From the NCBI GenBank assembly GCA_951406725.2, contig OX597817.1, positions 62,248,001 to 62,312,000 on the forward strand: 64,000 nt of DNA, written 5' to 3'. Source of the stretch: Octopus vulgaris (taxonomy: Eukaryota). Positions 1 through 12,426 of the stretch are shown here, piece after piece. The number at the start of each line of letters is the position of its first letter. Positions within the stretch are counted from its first letter, which is position 1. A program made the position numbers and the translations under genes. The notes under the pieces were generated by a model. It was given only the letters and a program-made list of their open reading frames with translations, had not been told where the DNA came from and did not search any database.

Positions 1-1481
1 GTTAAGACCAAATAATATACATTTAAATAGCGAGTCAAAGATATAGAGTAAAAGATATAGGTTATTGTGTTACAGTTGAACTGTCGAATAGACAAAACGA
101 AATAAACTGTGTCGAAATAACTGTATCGTAGACTTGACTTCGAGTAAGTCTAGCACTAGTCTGAAAAAAGCGTACACTAAACATATAAGAACTGATGAAA
201 TATACAGAAATCTTGTTAAATTTATATACGCTTCAAAGTCATGCGCTCCGGGAAAAAAAAGCAGACATTCATGGTGAAATAAAGACCTCTTTAGCATGTT
301 CAAATGATGCAAAATGCACGCGTAGGGATATAATCAACTAAATTATTTTAGTATGCTGAAAACAACGAAACTGTTTATAGTTAAAGTTGAATCTTCAGCG
401 AAATATTTTTAAACCTAATCAGGCTATTAATTCCAAGTTTAGAGGTCAATGTGTTTTAAATATTTATCTCTGGGAATCTGTGTGGCCGGAGATGTTTTTA
501 ACAAATAAACCATTTTGAGGTTATCTTAAGTGTTTTGTGGTTATTATGTGTTCTATTCATGGAGGTATGTTTAATAAAAATGAAAACATCGTCATCATCA
601 TCATCTTTTATTGTTAATAGTTTGAATGGAAAGCAACGGTACCAAGAAACGAAAGTAATGAGAAACGTCGGAAAATTATGTTGCTTGGGCAGCTTCTGTG
701 ATTCAGTGTAGATGAGAGTAAATTCGAAAGAGTGAATGATTGTAGTCCCTGTCATTTCAATATTTGTATTAGTTCCGGTGGTTTACATCGACCGAAACAT
801 GATAACGCTGATGGTAAGTACGACTGTGTTCGGTTCCTCTTGTCTGTCAATAATCTCTCCCCTTTACCCTTCTATCTTCTCTCTCTTCTCTCTTCCCCCT
901 TTCTCTCTCTAACTGTCTTTCTTTGATTCTATCGTTGTCTACGGTTTGTTCTATTTATATATACTCACTCATCTGAATCAAATCTTAACTTATTTACAAT
1001 CCTCAGTATTTGACTCATCAGTAATTTTGGCGATAGCAATCAATAAAATTGATGCGTAACTGGTTGGCGTCGATGAGATTTTTCATGACGTCAACACTCA
1101 ATTTGGATGATCCGGATCTTGTTCAGGAAAATTTCCTAAAATGGAAACCAAGCAGTCTGGGTTCAATTTGAAGCGAAAACATGCTACACATATATACATA
1201 GTAGGAAGTTGATTCATATGCAATTTTCATAACTAAGGACGAAATACATAAACCGAAGAATTAACTTTTTCATTATAGAAGACCTCCCTTCCTACATCCA
1301 TGTGGTATATAGAATAAAAGTAATTATCTATTTTATTTTATTCAATCATCGTTTAGTTGGTCTTTTAACCATCAAATGTTCCCCAATCAATACTTCATTC
1401 AGGCGAGGTAAGCAGTAAAAGTACTTCAAATATGACTTAAAATGTCTGTAATACCCATATGGATGATCATCGATATATCGA

Positions 1482-1693
1482 TTTCAAATTTTGCTACAAG
1501 GTAAGCCATATCGGAGGAAGCGATAAGTCGTTTACATCGATCCCCGTGTTCAACCGCTACTTATTTCATTGAGCCTGAAAGGATGTAAGGGCAAAGTCGA
1601 CCTCAGCAGAATTTGAAATCAGAACGTTAAGTCGGACGAAATGCCGTTAAGCAATTTACCTGGCTTACTAAAGATTCTGCCAGCTCCCCGCCT
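1482..1693 (-). mobile_element. tRNA-derived SINE, family B
   Basis: Reverse complement begins AAGGCGGGGAGCTGGCAGAATC and contains TTCAAATTCTGCTGAGGTCGACTTTGCC. It aligns by eye to the TSD-flanked copy at 11138. Confidence 0.8.
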
Positions 1694-2032
1694 TGGTGAT
1701 GATTATATTGCAAATTTAGGCAGAAGACCAGTAATTTATATCGTACGCTTAAGTCAATATTCACCAATCTCAGTACTTCAGCAATGTATGATATTAACCT
1801 TGGTAGGAGGACAGGCAAACTTGACTTCTGCGAAATTTGAATTCAGAACGTTAACAATGCTATCAGCACATCATTTCATTTACCATCATAGAACTGGAAA
1901 GAAAATTACAAGGAGTGGTCTTTAAGGGGTGGCGCGGCCATCTGAAAATAGCAATAAAATTTCACTCCGTTAAAACCTACTGTTTAAAATTGGAAGGATA
2001 GAGGGGAAAACATGGTGTACGTGCCTGTATGC

Positions 2033-2094
<62 letters not shown>

Positions 2095-2099
2095 AATTT

Positions 2100-2187
2100 T
2101 ATTCTTCTATTCATTTACTTGTTTTAGTCATTAGACTGCGGGCATGCTGGTGCACCGCCTTGCAATTTTTGTCGAATGAACCGATTC
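2100..2187 (-). mobile_element. SINE family A, 3' tail fragment
   Basis: TTTACTTGTTTTAGTCATTAGACTGCGGGCATGCTGGTGCACCGCC matches the tail of the copy at 49013-49428. Confidence 0.75.
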
Positions 2188-2597
2188 AAAAAAATAGGGA
2201 TTTGAAATCTGAGAAGGCACCTTAGGGGCACTTTGATACAATCTAGATCTGACTAACAACACTGAATGGTAGGAACATAGAAAGTCGATTAAGATAAACA
2301 ATTAAAATGTACTTCTTTCTATTGGTACATCCTAAATTCGTTTCATTGGATTTCAGGTAGCATACAAAATATATAATCAGTGCATAATGAAGAATGGAAA
2401 AATTATATATTTTCAGAAGCTATTTATTAAACTATATTCTTTTTATTCGATTCCGAACGTGTTTCTGATGTCTAATTTTCCTAGTACCCTTCGATATATC
2501 AGTGATGTGCATTTAGTTAATTTATGTTAAATCAGTTGTAACACATTCAACTAAAGATTGATAATGCTATGCAGCATTATTCGAGGTTTTACTCATA

Positions 2598-2731
2598 CAG
2601 GTGAGTGAAGCATGGCCGTGTGGCAAGCTGCGGGAAACCTGGGGCAGGTATTTACTACCATAGCTAGGGCCGTCCAAAGCCTTGTAGGTGGATCTGGTAA
2701 GTGAACCTGCGGTGATCCTCAAACAAAGAAG

Positions 2732-2735
<4 letters not shown>
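2598..2735 (+). mobile_element. SINE family A, degenerate 5' half
   Basis: TGGCCGTGTGG A-box-like motif and CCAAAGCCTTGTAGGTGGATCTGGTA, ending at the internal (TA)n tract as in other family A copies. Confidence 0.6.
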
Positions 2736-2778
<43 letters not shown>

Positions 2779-2894
2779 GGGCGTGCACTCTCAGGTATGC
2801 AAGGTATGCGTTGCATGCCCTGTGATTTTTTTATCCATATGATCGGAAAATTAGATAAAATAGTTACTTTGTTTCAAAGAAAATCCGTCCAGTT

Positions 2895-3300
2895 GTATTT
2901 TGTCTCCCCTTCTCTCTCAGTGATTCTACTTCTGCTTTTAGAAGTCATGCATTGACAAGACCAGCATGTCAGACACTCCTTCTCTGTCTCAGTTTGTCCT
3001 TCCTTCCATCTCTCTCTCTCTTAGTGACTTGTTTAAAAGACATGCTAAGAGGATAGGGCATTTGAAATATTTTTACCCCTTCCCCTTTCTCTTAGTGGCT
3101 CGACATGCTGTGGGAAGACCCGCATGACCTCCCTCTCTGTCTCTTAGTTTGTCCCTCCTTCCTCTCTCTCTCTTAGTGAATTGATAAAACAGATGCTAGG
3201 AGAAAAGGTCGTTCATAATATTTTGTACCCCCTTCCTCTCTCTCTCAGTGGCATGTCATGCTATGAGCTGACCGCATGATACCCACTTTCTGTATCTTTC
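2895..3300. repeat. Degenerate subterminal tandem repeats inside the hAT element
   Basis: Recurring CCCCTT(C/T)..CTCT(C/T)AGTG and CATGCT..GACC.GCATGA units in about 3 copies. Confidence 0.55.
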
Positions 3301-3842
3301 TGTTTTGTTGAAATTGACTTACAATTTACGCCGGCGCTTCCACGTGTGTTTATATATAAGAACAGCCTTTTACGAAATCAGTGAAATGTGTGTTATAAAC
3401 GATATTTTGAGAAATAGTTTTTCGAAAGGAGAATTCGATGGAAAATAATTAATTATAAATAGTGGGAGACCAACACCGAAAAGGGCTAATGCATTAGATA
3501 ACATTGTTAAAAAAAAAAGATTTCCGAAGGCAACAGCAATGGAATTACTCCTCACGGCTTATTATTACCACAAAGGAAAATTAGAATTTCATAATCAGCC
3601 TTTTTGAGCACATCATTGAAAATTCTGAAGCATGGGATGATACCACCATAAATTCAGCAATTGGATTCTTACACACTTTAAAAGCTCCTGATTTCTTATT
3701 TAGGTTAGAAGTATTCAGTGAGATTTTTTTCTTTTTTCTTATTTAACATCCTCCAGAGTAAAAGTCATGACATAGTGTATTGTAAAGATCAAATAGATAA
3801 AACTAGAACTGTACTCGAAAACAAACTTGATAATTTTTCAAT

Positions 3843-4447
3843 CTCTTTTACTCTTGTACTTGGTTAAGTCATTTGACTGCGGCCATGCTGGAGCACCGCC
3901 TTTAATCGAGCAACTCGACCCCGGGACTTATTCTTTTGTAAGCCCAGTACTTATTCTATCGGTCTCTTTTGCCGAACTGCTAAGTAACGGGGACATAAAC
4001 ACACCAGCATCGGTTGTCAAAGGTAAGAGAGTCCAGTTTGCTGGACATTGTTGTAGAGCTGAAAAAGAGGTAATTTCTACTCTTCTCCTCTGGAAGCCAT
4101 CTACTCGCAATACCAGAGGGCGCACACTCTCCTACCCTGATGTAATCTCCAGAGATACAGGCATCCAGCAACAGGACCTCCGTAATGCCATGATGGACCG
4201 TGAAGTCTGGCGTAGCATGGTAAATTCCATTGTCTCGACCACGGTCGAACAATGATGATGATGATCGGTTGTCAAGCAATGCTAGGGGGACAAACACTGA
4301 CGCACAAACACACACACGCATATATATACATATATACGACGGGATTCTTTCAGTTTCCGTCTACCAAATCCACTCACAAGGCTTTGGTCGGCCCGAGACT
4401 ATAGTAGAAGACACTTGCCCAAGGTGCCACGCAGTGGGACTGAACCC
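3843..4447 (-). mobile_element. SINE family A interrupted by an RTE LINE fragment
   Basis: Close match to 49013-49428 on both sides of the 4021-4263 insertion. The 5' head is truncated just after the B box, at a G run. Confidence 0.9.
4021..4263 (+). mobile_element. 5'-truncated RTE-clade LINE (C-terminus and tail) with 12-bp TSD
   Basis: Open frame RVQFAGHCCRAEKEVISTLLLWKP...RGRTLSYPDVISRDTG...MMDREVWRSMV resembles an RTE C-terminus. It is followed by hairpin TCGACC-AC-GGTCGA and an (ATG)n tail. ATCGGTTGTCAA is duplicated at 4009-4020 and 4264-4275. Confidence 0.88.
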
Positions 4448-4648
4448 CGGGGGGGGGGTATGGAGTCGATGCAGGAATCGGAATTCAGAGATCCAAGAAT
4501 ATATCTATTGAGCCCCAACGACATTATAGAACGCTTTATAACAAAATTACCAGTACAATAGTTGACCAAATAAAAGCACGATATTCATCCTTAGAAGAGT
4601 TTAAATTCATGGAACTTTCGAATTTCAACAAACAATTTAAAAATCATG

Positions 4649-4861
4649 GGTACTATTTAAGTAGAGTGGTCCCGGTGCGCACACCCGAGCATCCACGCCA
4701 GCTAGTCGATCCTTACTTTGTGTTTTATTTACTTTGTGTTTTATATATTTTGTTTAAAAAATTTATTTACTTTGCTAGATAGTCGTAGGATCGACTAGTC
4801 ACGACTAGCCAGCGCGGATGCGCGAGCGCGCGCAACAGGACCACTCTTGTTAAATAGTACC
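4649..4861. mobile_element. MITE-like foldback with about 60-bp inverted repeats
   Basis: GGTACTATTTAAGTAGAGTGGTCC...GCTAGTCG at the left is the imperfect reverse complement of CGACTAGC...GGACCACTCTTGTTAAATAGTACC at the right. Confidence 0.75.
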
Positions 4862-5038
4862 AGGGCGAGGTTTTTTTTTTTAATTCTAGGTCATACGGGG
4901 GTGATTGCATATTCAGAATCTCCCATATGTAAATCGTAGGAATTCGAAAAAATTTTTACTGAAAAATTGCCGGTGGGGTGGGGGGGGGGTGGGGAAGAAA
5001 TTCATTGCATGCCCAGCCCCGGAAGTCACCGCACGCCA

Positions 5039-5092
<54 letters not shown>

Positions 5093-5243
5093 CAAGATTC
5101 TTTATGTGAGTTCGTGGTGCGTTGAAGCATATTCTGTTGTGTCTGGGGAGAGTCATTCTCTTTTAGTGCTTTATAATTTAACACACTCATTTACTTATTT
5201 ATTTTTCTATCATTTTCGTTGCGGCTTGCAACCTTTTCAATAG
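5093..5243 (-). mobile_element. Penelope-type terminal fragment with degenerate hammerhead motif
   Basis: Minus strand 5243-5207 reads cta-TTGAAAA-g-gttgc-aagcc-gcaac-GAAAATGA-tag. The fragment lies between microsatellites. Confidence 0.5.
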
Positions 5244-5261
5244 TATGTATGTATGTGAGTG

Positions 5262-5485
5262 TTTTTATGTGTCATTGTGTCTGTGTTTGTCCCCTATCAT
5301 TGCTTCACACCCGGTGTTGGCTTACATATCATAACTTAGCGGTTCGGCAAAAGAATCGATAGAATAAGTGACAGGCTTTAAAAAGAAATATGCACTTGGG
5401 TCTATTTATTCGACAAAAATGCTTCAATATTGTGCTCTGCATGGCTGTAGACATATGAGTGAAAAATAGTAAAAACGAAAAGATA
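5262..5485 (+). mobile_element. SINE family A, 3' half
   Basis: AACTTAGCGGTTCGGCAAAAGAATCGATAGAATAAGT plus a degenerate tail. Probably the partner of the head at 2598-2735. Confidence 0.75.
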
Positions 5486-5489
5486 AAAG

Positions 5490-5528
<39 letters not shown>

Positions 5529-5683
5529 AAGGTAGATAGATAAATAGATAGATAGACAGACCATGTGCGTACGTACGTATGTATCTGTATATGACATGCA
5601 TTATGCATAACACACATATGTAATAAAGATATATATATATATGTATATATATACGTATTTATGTGTGTATGTATGTATGTATG

Positions 5684-5717
<34 letters not shown>

Positions 5718-5765
5718 TGTATGTATGTATGTATGTATGTAGTACGTAGTGTATGCATGTATGTA
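5490..5765. repeat. Compound microsatellite (GATA)n/(TA)n/(TATG)n
   Basis: Directly visible. Confidence 0.95.
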
Positions 5766-6313
5766 CTGCTGGCAGGCAGAATGAATTTTCCGGTCATTCA
5801 AAGCCTTGCGTAGGCTAACAGACTAATGCACGCACACGCAAATATGAACATGTATCTGTGACTATACAAGCAAAAAAAAAAACATATTTGCGTAGATATC
5901 ACATACACACACATATACATGTATGTACACCATGTATACATGCAGAAACACACACACACTCAGACGCACGCACACGTACAAACATATACACAAGTGTCTG
6001 TACTTATACATACATAAAAACGTATTTTTGTAGACATCACACACACACATATACATGTATGTATACACACATGCACACACACATTCACACACATAGAGAC
6101 ACAGGCATACACTTACACACACAAACACACAGACAAACTCAGACACACGCGCACACATTCAGACGCACGCATATAAACGCGCACACAAGAACATATACAT
6201 ACACCTCTGTATGTATAGAAACATAAAAAACGTACTTTCGTAGACATCGCACATATATATGCATGTATACACACAACTATACATATACATATTTATGTGT
6301 ACTTGTGTGCATT

Positions 6314-6346
<33 letters not shown>

Positions 6347-6899
6347 TTTTTTTTTTATTGAAGCTTCCGCAACCAAGATGGTCTTTGATAGGTCCTCAGT
6401 TTCATCGTGTCAGTTTCTACCAACCTCATCAATATAACCGAGTAATCTTTATACTCTGTCTCTAACCGAAAATATCCAAAATATAGCATCTGATTTTCAC
6501 TGCTGTTCTGGGCGTTAGCAGTGGCCTTGTGTTGAGCAACAATATGACCAACAGTTTCAATGTGTCTATAATCTGATTTTTAGTCTTGTGTTCAAATTAT
6601 CAGAGGTTGTGAGCCCAATGTGAAACCAAATATACACACTATCAAGGCAATCTTAAATCTTCTTCGCCACACGCTAGTTTTGGGTTGCATATAAACAATG
6701 CTCTCTACATGCATCATAAATAAAGCCTCCATATTAATTTTAATTTATGGAATTGTAAGTTGTACTGAAGCTTATTACAGGTAATTCAGATTTATCTGTT
6801 CTGTATGAGGAAGTGTTTGTCAGTGACAAAGAACTCTAGATGTTTGAAGGTAGTAGTGATATTGAATCCAGGGTTGTGTTTAAAGTAACGGTGTGTATA

Positions 6900-7315
6900 A
6901 ACTCTATACTTGGAATGAACAATTTTAAGTTCCATTGGATTTTACTCATAAGGTACTGGAATATTATATGGATCTACAAATGCAATATCCATACATATCT
7001 CACATCTATTTTCACATTTCCACCCCACTCTCTATATCTTATCTAAAATAACTATTTCTTAACCATTCTCTCACACCGTCTCCGATGAAGGGATATAATA
7101 AATATCCTGAAAACAGCTGTAAGACCTTCTATCTATAAATGTTCTAAAATCTACACAGCCTAGGTTTTATATCTCATTACGAAATAAAATTTTTATATAC
7201 ACACGCTGACGTTGAACTCCTTATTCGCATAATCACCGAACCTGGAACTTAACTGCGGTCCATCTATAGCACTTATTCAGCATTACTTGACGCCTTTGGG
7301 TCACTATGACACCAT
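6900..7315 (+). mobile_element. Penelope-type terminal repeat fragment carrying a hammerhead motif (family shared with 36430-36900)
   Basis: About 280 bp aligns to 36590-36900 (ACTTGGAATGA.CAATTTTAA...CACACCGTCTCCGATGAAGGGATAT...). It ends next to a (TA)n tract. Confidence 0.65.
7078..7125 (+). ncRNA. Minimal type I hammerhead ribozyme motif (variant core)
   Basis: gtct-CCGATGA-a-gggatat-aataa-atatcct-GAAAACAGCTGTA-agac. Stems I and II pair, stem III is the palindrome ACAGCTGT, and the cleavage triplet is GUA. Lesions: U4C and one extra A (or G12A). Confidence 0.6.
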
Positions 7316-7329
7316 TACCTCTCATAACC

Positions 7330-7620
<291 letters not shown>

Positions 7621-8044
7621 ATGAAGGCTATAGAAGTGGCCAGATGTCTTTATTACATATATGAAAATACCTACACACTTTGACAATTTGTGTTAAATAG
7701 TAATTTAGATTCATGAACGGTACATATTTATTCAGTTGTTATTTATTTACTTGTCCGTACTTGAAAGTCTACTATTATTGTTGATGTTGTCGCCGTTATT
7801 GAATATGTTGTAATTTTTGGAAAACGAACCAATTTTAACGTTAATATTTTCATAGGAAACAAAAGACTAACAAACTCTAAAGATTCATTTATCGTCTGTC
7901 TATCACCGTTTTGTCATCAGTACCCATATAAAATTTTCTACTGCTGCTAGTGCGGTTGTACAACCCACTTTCAGAAGCACCTTTCTTTTTAGATAAACAG
8001 CAACAGACACTGATAATTCTGTTAGCAGTTTTGACTGACGAAGA

Positions 8045-8506
8045 CATCACATAATGATAGAACTCTATGAGCAGTGAGCGCCAGAAGTACAATAGTGGAT
8101 ATGAAAGAAACCTGAGTATGACATCTAATCAAGATACAAATAACAATCCAATTAAAATGGTAGCATACTTTTATAAAAATAAAAGAACATATTAGATAGA
8201 ATAGTCCACGTGAGAGTACGAGGGGCGCTAATAAGTTCCTGGCTTTAGGGATATCGTGAAAGGCCTGGGTGGAGGCATCACATAATGATAAAACTCTATG
8301 AGCAGTGAGCGCCAGAAGTACAATAGTGGATATAAAAGAAACCTGAGTATGACATCTAATCAAGATACAAATAACAATCAAATTAAAATGGTAGCATACC
8401 TTTATAAAAATAAAAGAACATATTAGATAGAATAGTCCATGTGAGAGTACGAGGGGCGCTAAAAAGTTCCTGGCTTTAGGGATATCGTGAAAGGCCTGGG
8501 TGGAGG
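8045..8506. repeat. 231-bp tandem duplication
   Basis: CATCACATAATGATA...GGGTGGAGG occurs at 8045-8275 and 8276-8506 with few mismatches. Confidence 0.95.
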
Positions 8507-8587
8507 CCCAACCTTCCGAGTTCTTTTACAGGGCTTAGGAAGACTGGAAGTCACTGCAATAAGTGTGTGAAGCTGAGAGGGGAATAT
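8450..8587 (+). mobile_element. mariner-derived MITE, partial
   Basis: TA-CGAGGGGCGCTAAAAAGTTCCTGGC terminus. The internal sequence encodes HCNKCVKLRGEY, which resembles a mariner transposase C-terminus. Reverse-complement match to 20206-20410. Confidence 0.7.
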
Positions 8588-8594
8588 CTCTGTA

Positions 8595-8805
8595 TTCTTT
8601 TATTTGTTTCAGTCAGTTGACTGCAGCCATACAGGAGCACTGCCTTTTAGTCGAACAAATTGACCCCCAGGACTTTCTTTTTTAAGCCTGGTACTTATTT
8701 TATCGTTCTGTTTTGCCGAACCGCTAAGTTACAGGAACGTAAACACACCAATATCAGTTGTCAAGCGAAGACACGCACGTAAATATATATATATACACAC
8801 AAAGC

Positions 8806-8845
<40 letters not shown>

Positions 8846-8851
8846 TAAAAA

Positions 8852-8900
<49 letters not shown>

Positions 8901-9061
8901 CGGGCTTCTTTTAGCTTCCATCTACCAAATCCACTCACAAGGCTTTGGTCGGCCCGTGGTTATAGAAGAAGACTCCTGTCCAAGGTGCCACGCAATGGCA
9001 CTGAACATGGAACCATGTGGTTGGAAAGCAAACCTCTTACCATACAGCCACGCTTGCGCCT
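8595..9061 (-). mobile_element. SINE family A, full length
   Basis: Head AGGCGCAAGCGTGGCTGTATGG, internal (TA)n tract, conserved tail. Confidence 0.88.
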
Positions 9062-11137
9062 ATATATTGAATAAAATCATATTTAACTAATCCTCCTGGG
9101 TTTTCTTTTACCCAAATCCAGGACCCTTTCCGCATCACTTCGTATTTCTAATAAATGACGGAATAGCCAATAGTCATTGTAGATATGTCTTCGTTCATGA
9201 GTCTACTCATTCACGACTAGTCTGGGAGTGAATAACAATAGTATACTGGACAGTCAACACTAAATGACTTCTGATATAGTGAGGCATGGATATTTATTTC
9301 ATTTCCGACTCGTGATTTTGTGCAATATCAGTTAAGCAATAGGAAAAGAACGAAGGACCCTTCCATCTCTCTGATACTGCGAGTTCAGTAAATGCAAAAT
9401 GAAGACAGATTTGGAAATACAATAATGTAAATCTGCCAAAGGAAAAACTAATTTACCGGTTACCTTAGATGCTAAGAGACAAATTGGATTAAACACGTCT
9501 GTAATTCTTACGTCAGAAACTTATCTGTAGCTTCAAAATACCCTTTGATATTCTCATTAGTAACCCTCACTAATCATTTATAATCGAACAGTAATATGTA
9601 CAGTTTTCTTTTAACATCCGTTGGATATTAGAATATCTTTAATCTTTAATAATATCAGCATCAAAACATGGTTTTCTTCCCATTGTCATTCAGCTCACTT
9701 TGATCTTTATTTAGTTCCACGCAATTCATGCAGGCAAACGCACGCACATTCACACACACACTCACACAGATACACGCACGCGCGCACACACACAAACATG
9801 CACGCGTGCACACACAAACGCGCGCGCGCACGCACACACACATATATATATATATATATATGTTATTCTCAAACATGAATATTATTGACATTGACTTCGA
9901 AGATTCGGTCAGTTAAACCACCGTCAAACTGCAATGCATTGAGGTTAATCTTGACTTTATATAGTCTCTGCTGTACTAAAATCTTCGTTAAGCATGTTGA
10001 TTGGAGTGGATTGGTAATTAGGTTTAAGGATGTGTAATTATGGAGAGACGTTTTGGAGAAAGATCTTATTGATTAAATTTGGGATTATGTTATTGTTTAG
10101 AATCTACAGATGTATGTAGACTTTTGTAAGTAGCTGTGAGTATTTAGGTGTATCTGTTCTGGTATGTATAGGATATGACATCAGTTTTAGGTATCTTTGG
10201 TTTTATTCGATTTAATCTTTTGCTTCGACAATGCAAATGTCAAAGGTTCAATGTTTAATCCAGTATTAAAATCTTAGTAATTGGACATGTCAACTTTGTG
10301 TAATACAATTTTTTAGAGGTTCACATAAGCTTGTATATAGATGGTATTTTTTTAGAAAGTTAGGTTTCTTGTAGTTATTTAGATTATTTCCTGTTTTTCT
10401 TTGGAAGGTGTGGGTTATTAGTCGGGCATGTAATGATGTTGTCAGTATAGAACTTTGTTTTTCTTGTGCTTTGGTGTTCACAAGGGGATGTGGGTAGGTG
10501 CAAAGATTGTTAGTCTATGTTTCTCCCCAGATGAACAAAACGCACAAATTTACGGGCAGGAACATTCCCGCGGCCAACTGACCAGTTAAATAAACTTGTA
10601 TCATTTATACTCAGGTACGAGTGTCTGTATTTCATTTAATGACTTGCGTAAGTTTAATATTTGTTTAATTTAGAGTATGTTGAGCAAGATGAACACGTTT
10701 GGTTCGGAATATAGATAGATAGCTAGATAGATAGATAGGTAGGTAAGTAGGTAGGTAGGTGGGTAGGTATATGGGTGGTGGGTAGGTAGGTAAGTTGTTT
10801 CATAGGTAGGTATGTAGGTAGATAGATAGATAGATAGGTAGGTTATACCCCCCAACCATGAGGTAAGTTTGTGCACATTCTGTTACCCATGCAGATGTTA
10901 TAGTTGTAAGCAAGAGTATACATAGTTTGATTGACTCACGCCCAACATTTAATAAACAGCATTTAGTATTTAATCCTAGTTTTTATGAATTATGTTATTA
11001 TTCAGTATGACTATTACGAACGATTAACCCAACATAGGGTTAACAAATCTCAGATAATAGTGCATCATAACATGAAAATTTCTGAGATGGTTAACGAGCA
11101 CGTTATAAGACAGTTTGGGCAATATTGAACTCGTCTA

Positions 11138-11362
11138 AGGCGGCCAGCTAGCAGAAACGTTAGCCCGCCGGGTGAAATGCTTAGCGGTATTTTATCTGTA
11201 TTTACATTCTGAATTCAAATTCCGTCGAGGTCGACTTTGCCTTTCCTCCTCTCGGTTAATTAAGAACCAGCTGCGAACTGGGGTCGATCTAATCGACTGG
11301 GCGCCCCCCACCAAAAAAATAAAAAAACAAAACTTTCGGGCCTTGCAACTAGAGTAGAAAAG
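11138..11362 (+). mobile_element. SINE family B with 17-bp TSD
   Basis: AATATTGAACTCGTCTA at 11121-11137 and 11363-11379. tRNA-like head with A-box-like (TAGCAGAAACG) and B-box-like (ATTCAAATTCC) motifs. Confidence 0.9.
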
Positions 11363-11381
11363 AATATTGAACTCGTCTACT

Positions 11382-11664
11382 TGTCAGAACAGGTTAGGAG
11401 AGGAAGATAGTGGCCCGCCCCAAACGCTGGTTTATGGACGGCACATTTGGGTATGCTATATAATCCTATATAAGTCGTATAGGCCCGGGTGGGAAGCAGG
11501 CAATAAACTCAAGCGCATCCCTGAACGGCACTTAGACTCGCTATGCCACTGGAGTTATATTTTGTAAAAGACACTAAGATAAAGGTTAGAGAAAAAGAAA
11601 CCTTGATATTCAGTTTTCAGTTGGTGCTCGGCTACTCTTGCTACGTGTCCTCTCTCAATCAACA
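11382..11664 (+). mobile_element. Possible LTR-like segment
   Basis: TGTC...AACA termini, internal TATATAA and AATAAA, higher GC than the flanks. No partner LTR or clear PBS. Confidence 0.25.
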
Positions 11665-12356
11665 TTAAAATAGAGGTACTGGAACTTGTGCAGTCTCATC
11701 TCTACTATAAGGGTTCATCGCCAATATAGTCCAGGCATATTCTGCAAAAAAGACGGAACAGAGTGGTTGCTGTTGTTACAGCGGTCCAAATATATTGTCC
11801 GCTCACGACGAAGAAATAATTATACTTGCATTCTCTCTTGGCTTGTGAGGGTAAATGGTATATATGACATACGAAGAATCACTTGTGAACCTCCGAACTC
11901 CTATGCGCAGAGTTGCCATTGCTCCGGCTCTAAAAAACGTACAGCCATCAAGAAACCCTGAACTGTCATCGTCGAATTTGACGGACAACGATAAATAGTG
12001 AATGTGTGTGTGTATCTGTCCTTGAGAATATTGATGTATATGTTCATATATGCATATATGTATGCATTTATGTGTCGTTGGGTACATATGGGCATATATG
12101 CATATATGTATACGTGTACACTTATGTGTCCTTCAGCGTATTCGTATATATGTATTTATATACATATGTGTATATGTTTTTTACTTGTGTCACTGCGTGG
12201 ATTGATATATACGTATATATATTGATATATATATATATGTATATAAGCATATATGTCTGTGTATGTTTCTGTATTTAGGAGTGAGTGGCGACAATGTAGA
12301 GAAGGTCAAAAATAATGAAATCTATGAGAGAAATAGGAGGAAGATGGACAGAGAAA

Positions 12357-12426
<70 letters not shown>

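Larger units (their letters stand above)
2776..5041 (+). mobile_element. hAT DNA transposon, internally deleted, with nested insertions
   Basis: TIRs CAGGGGCGTGC (2776) and GCACGCCACTG (5031-5041) match at 10/11. Both sides are (TA)n. Decayed transposase-like peptides on the + strand: NSFSK..K.IINSGRPTP (~3410-3480), FNILQSKSHDIVYC (~3745-3785) and HYRTLYNKITSTIVDQIKARYS (~4522-4590). Confidence 0.75.

Noticed and set aside
771-804. Hammerhead-like gtt-CCGGTG...gacc-GAAACATG-AT-aac
   Set aside because: The core and cleavage triplet are both broken, so it is too degenerate to call.
9900-10500. Possible very old Penelope fragment on the minus strand
   Set aside because: Only compositional resemblance. 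I could not recover diagnostic motifs.
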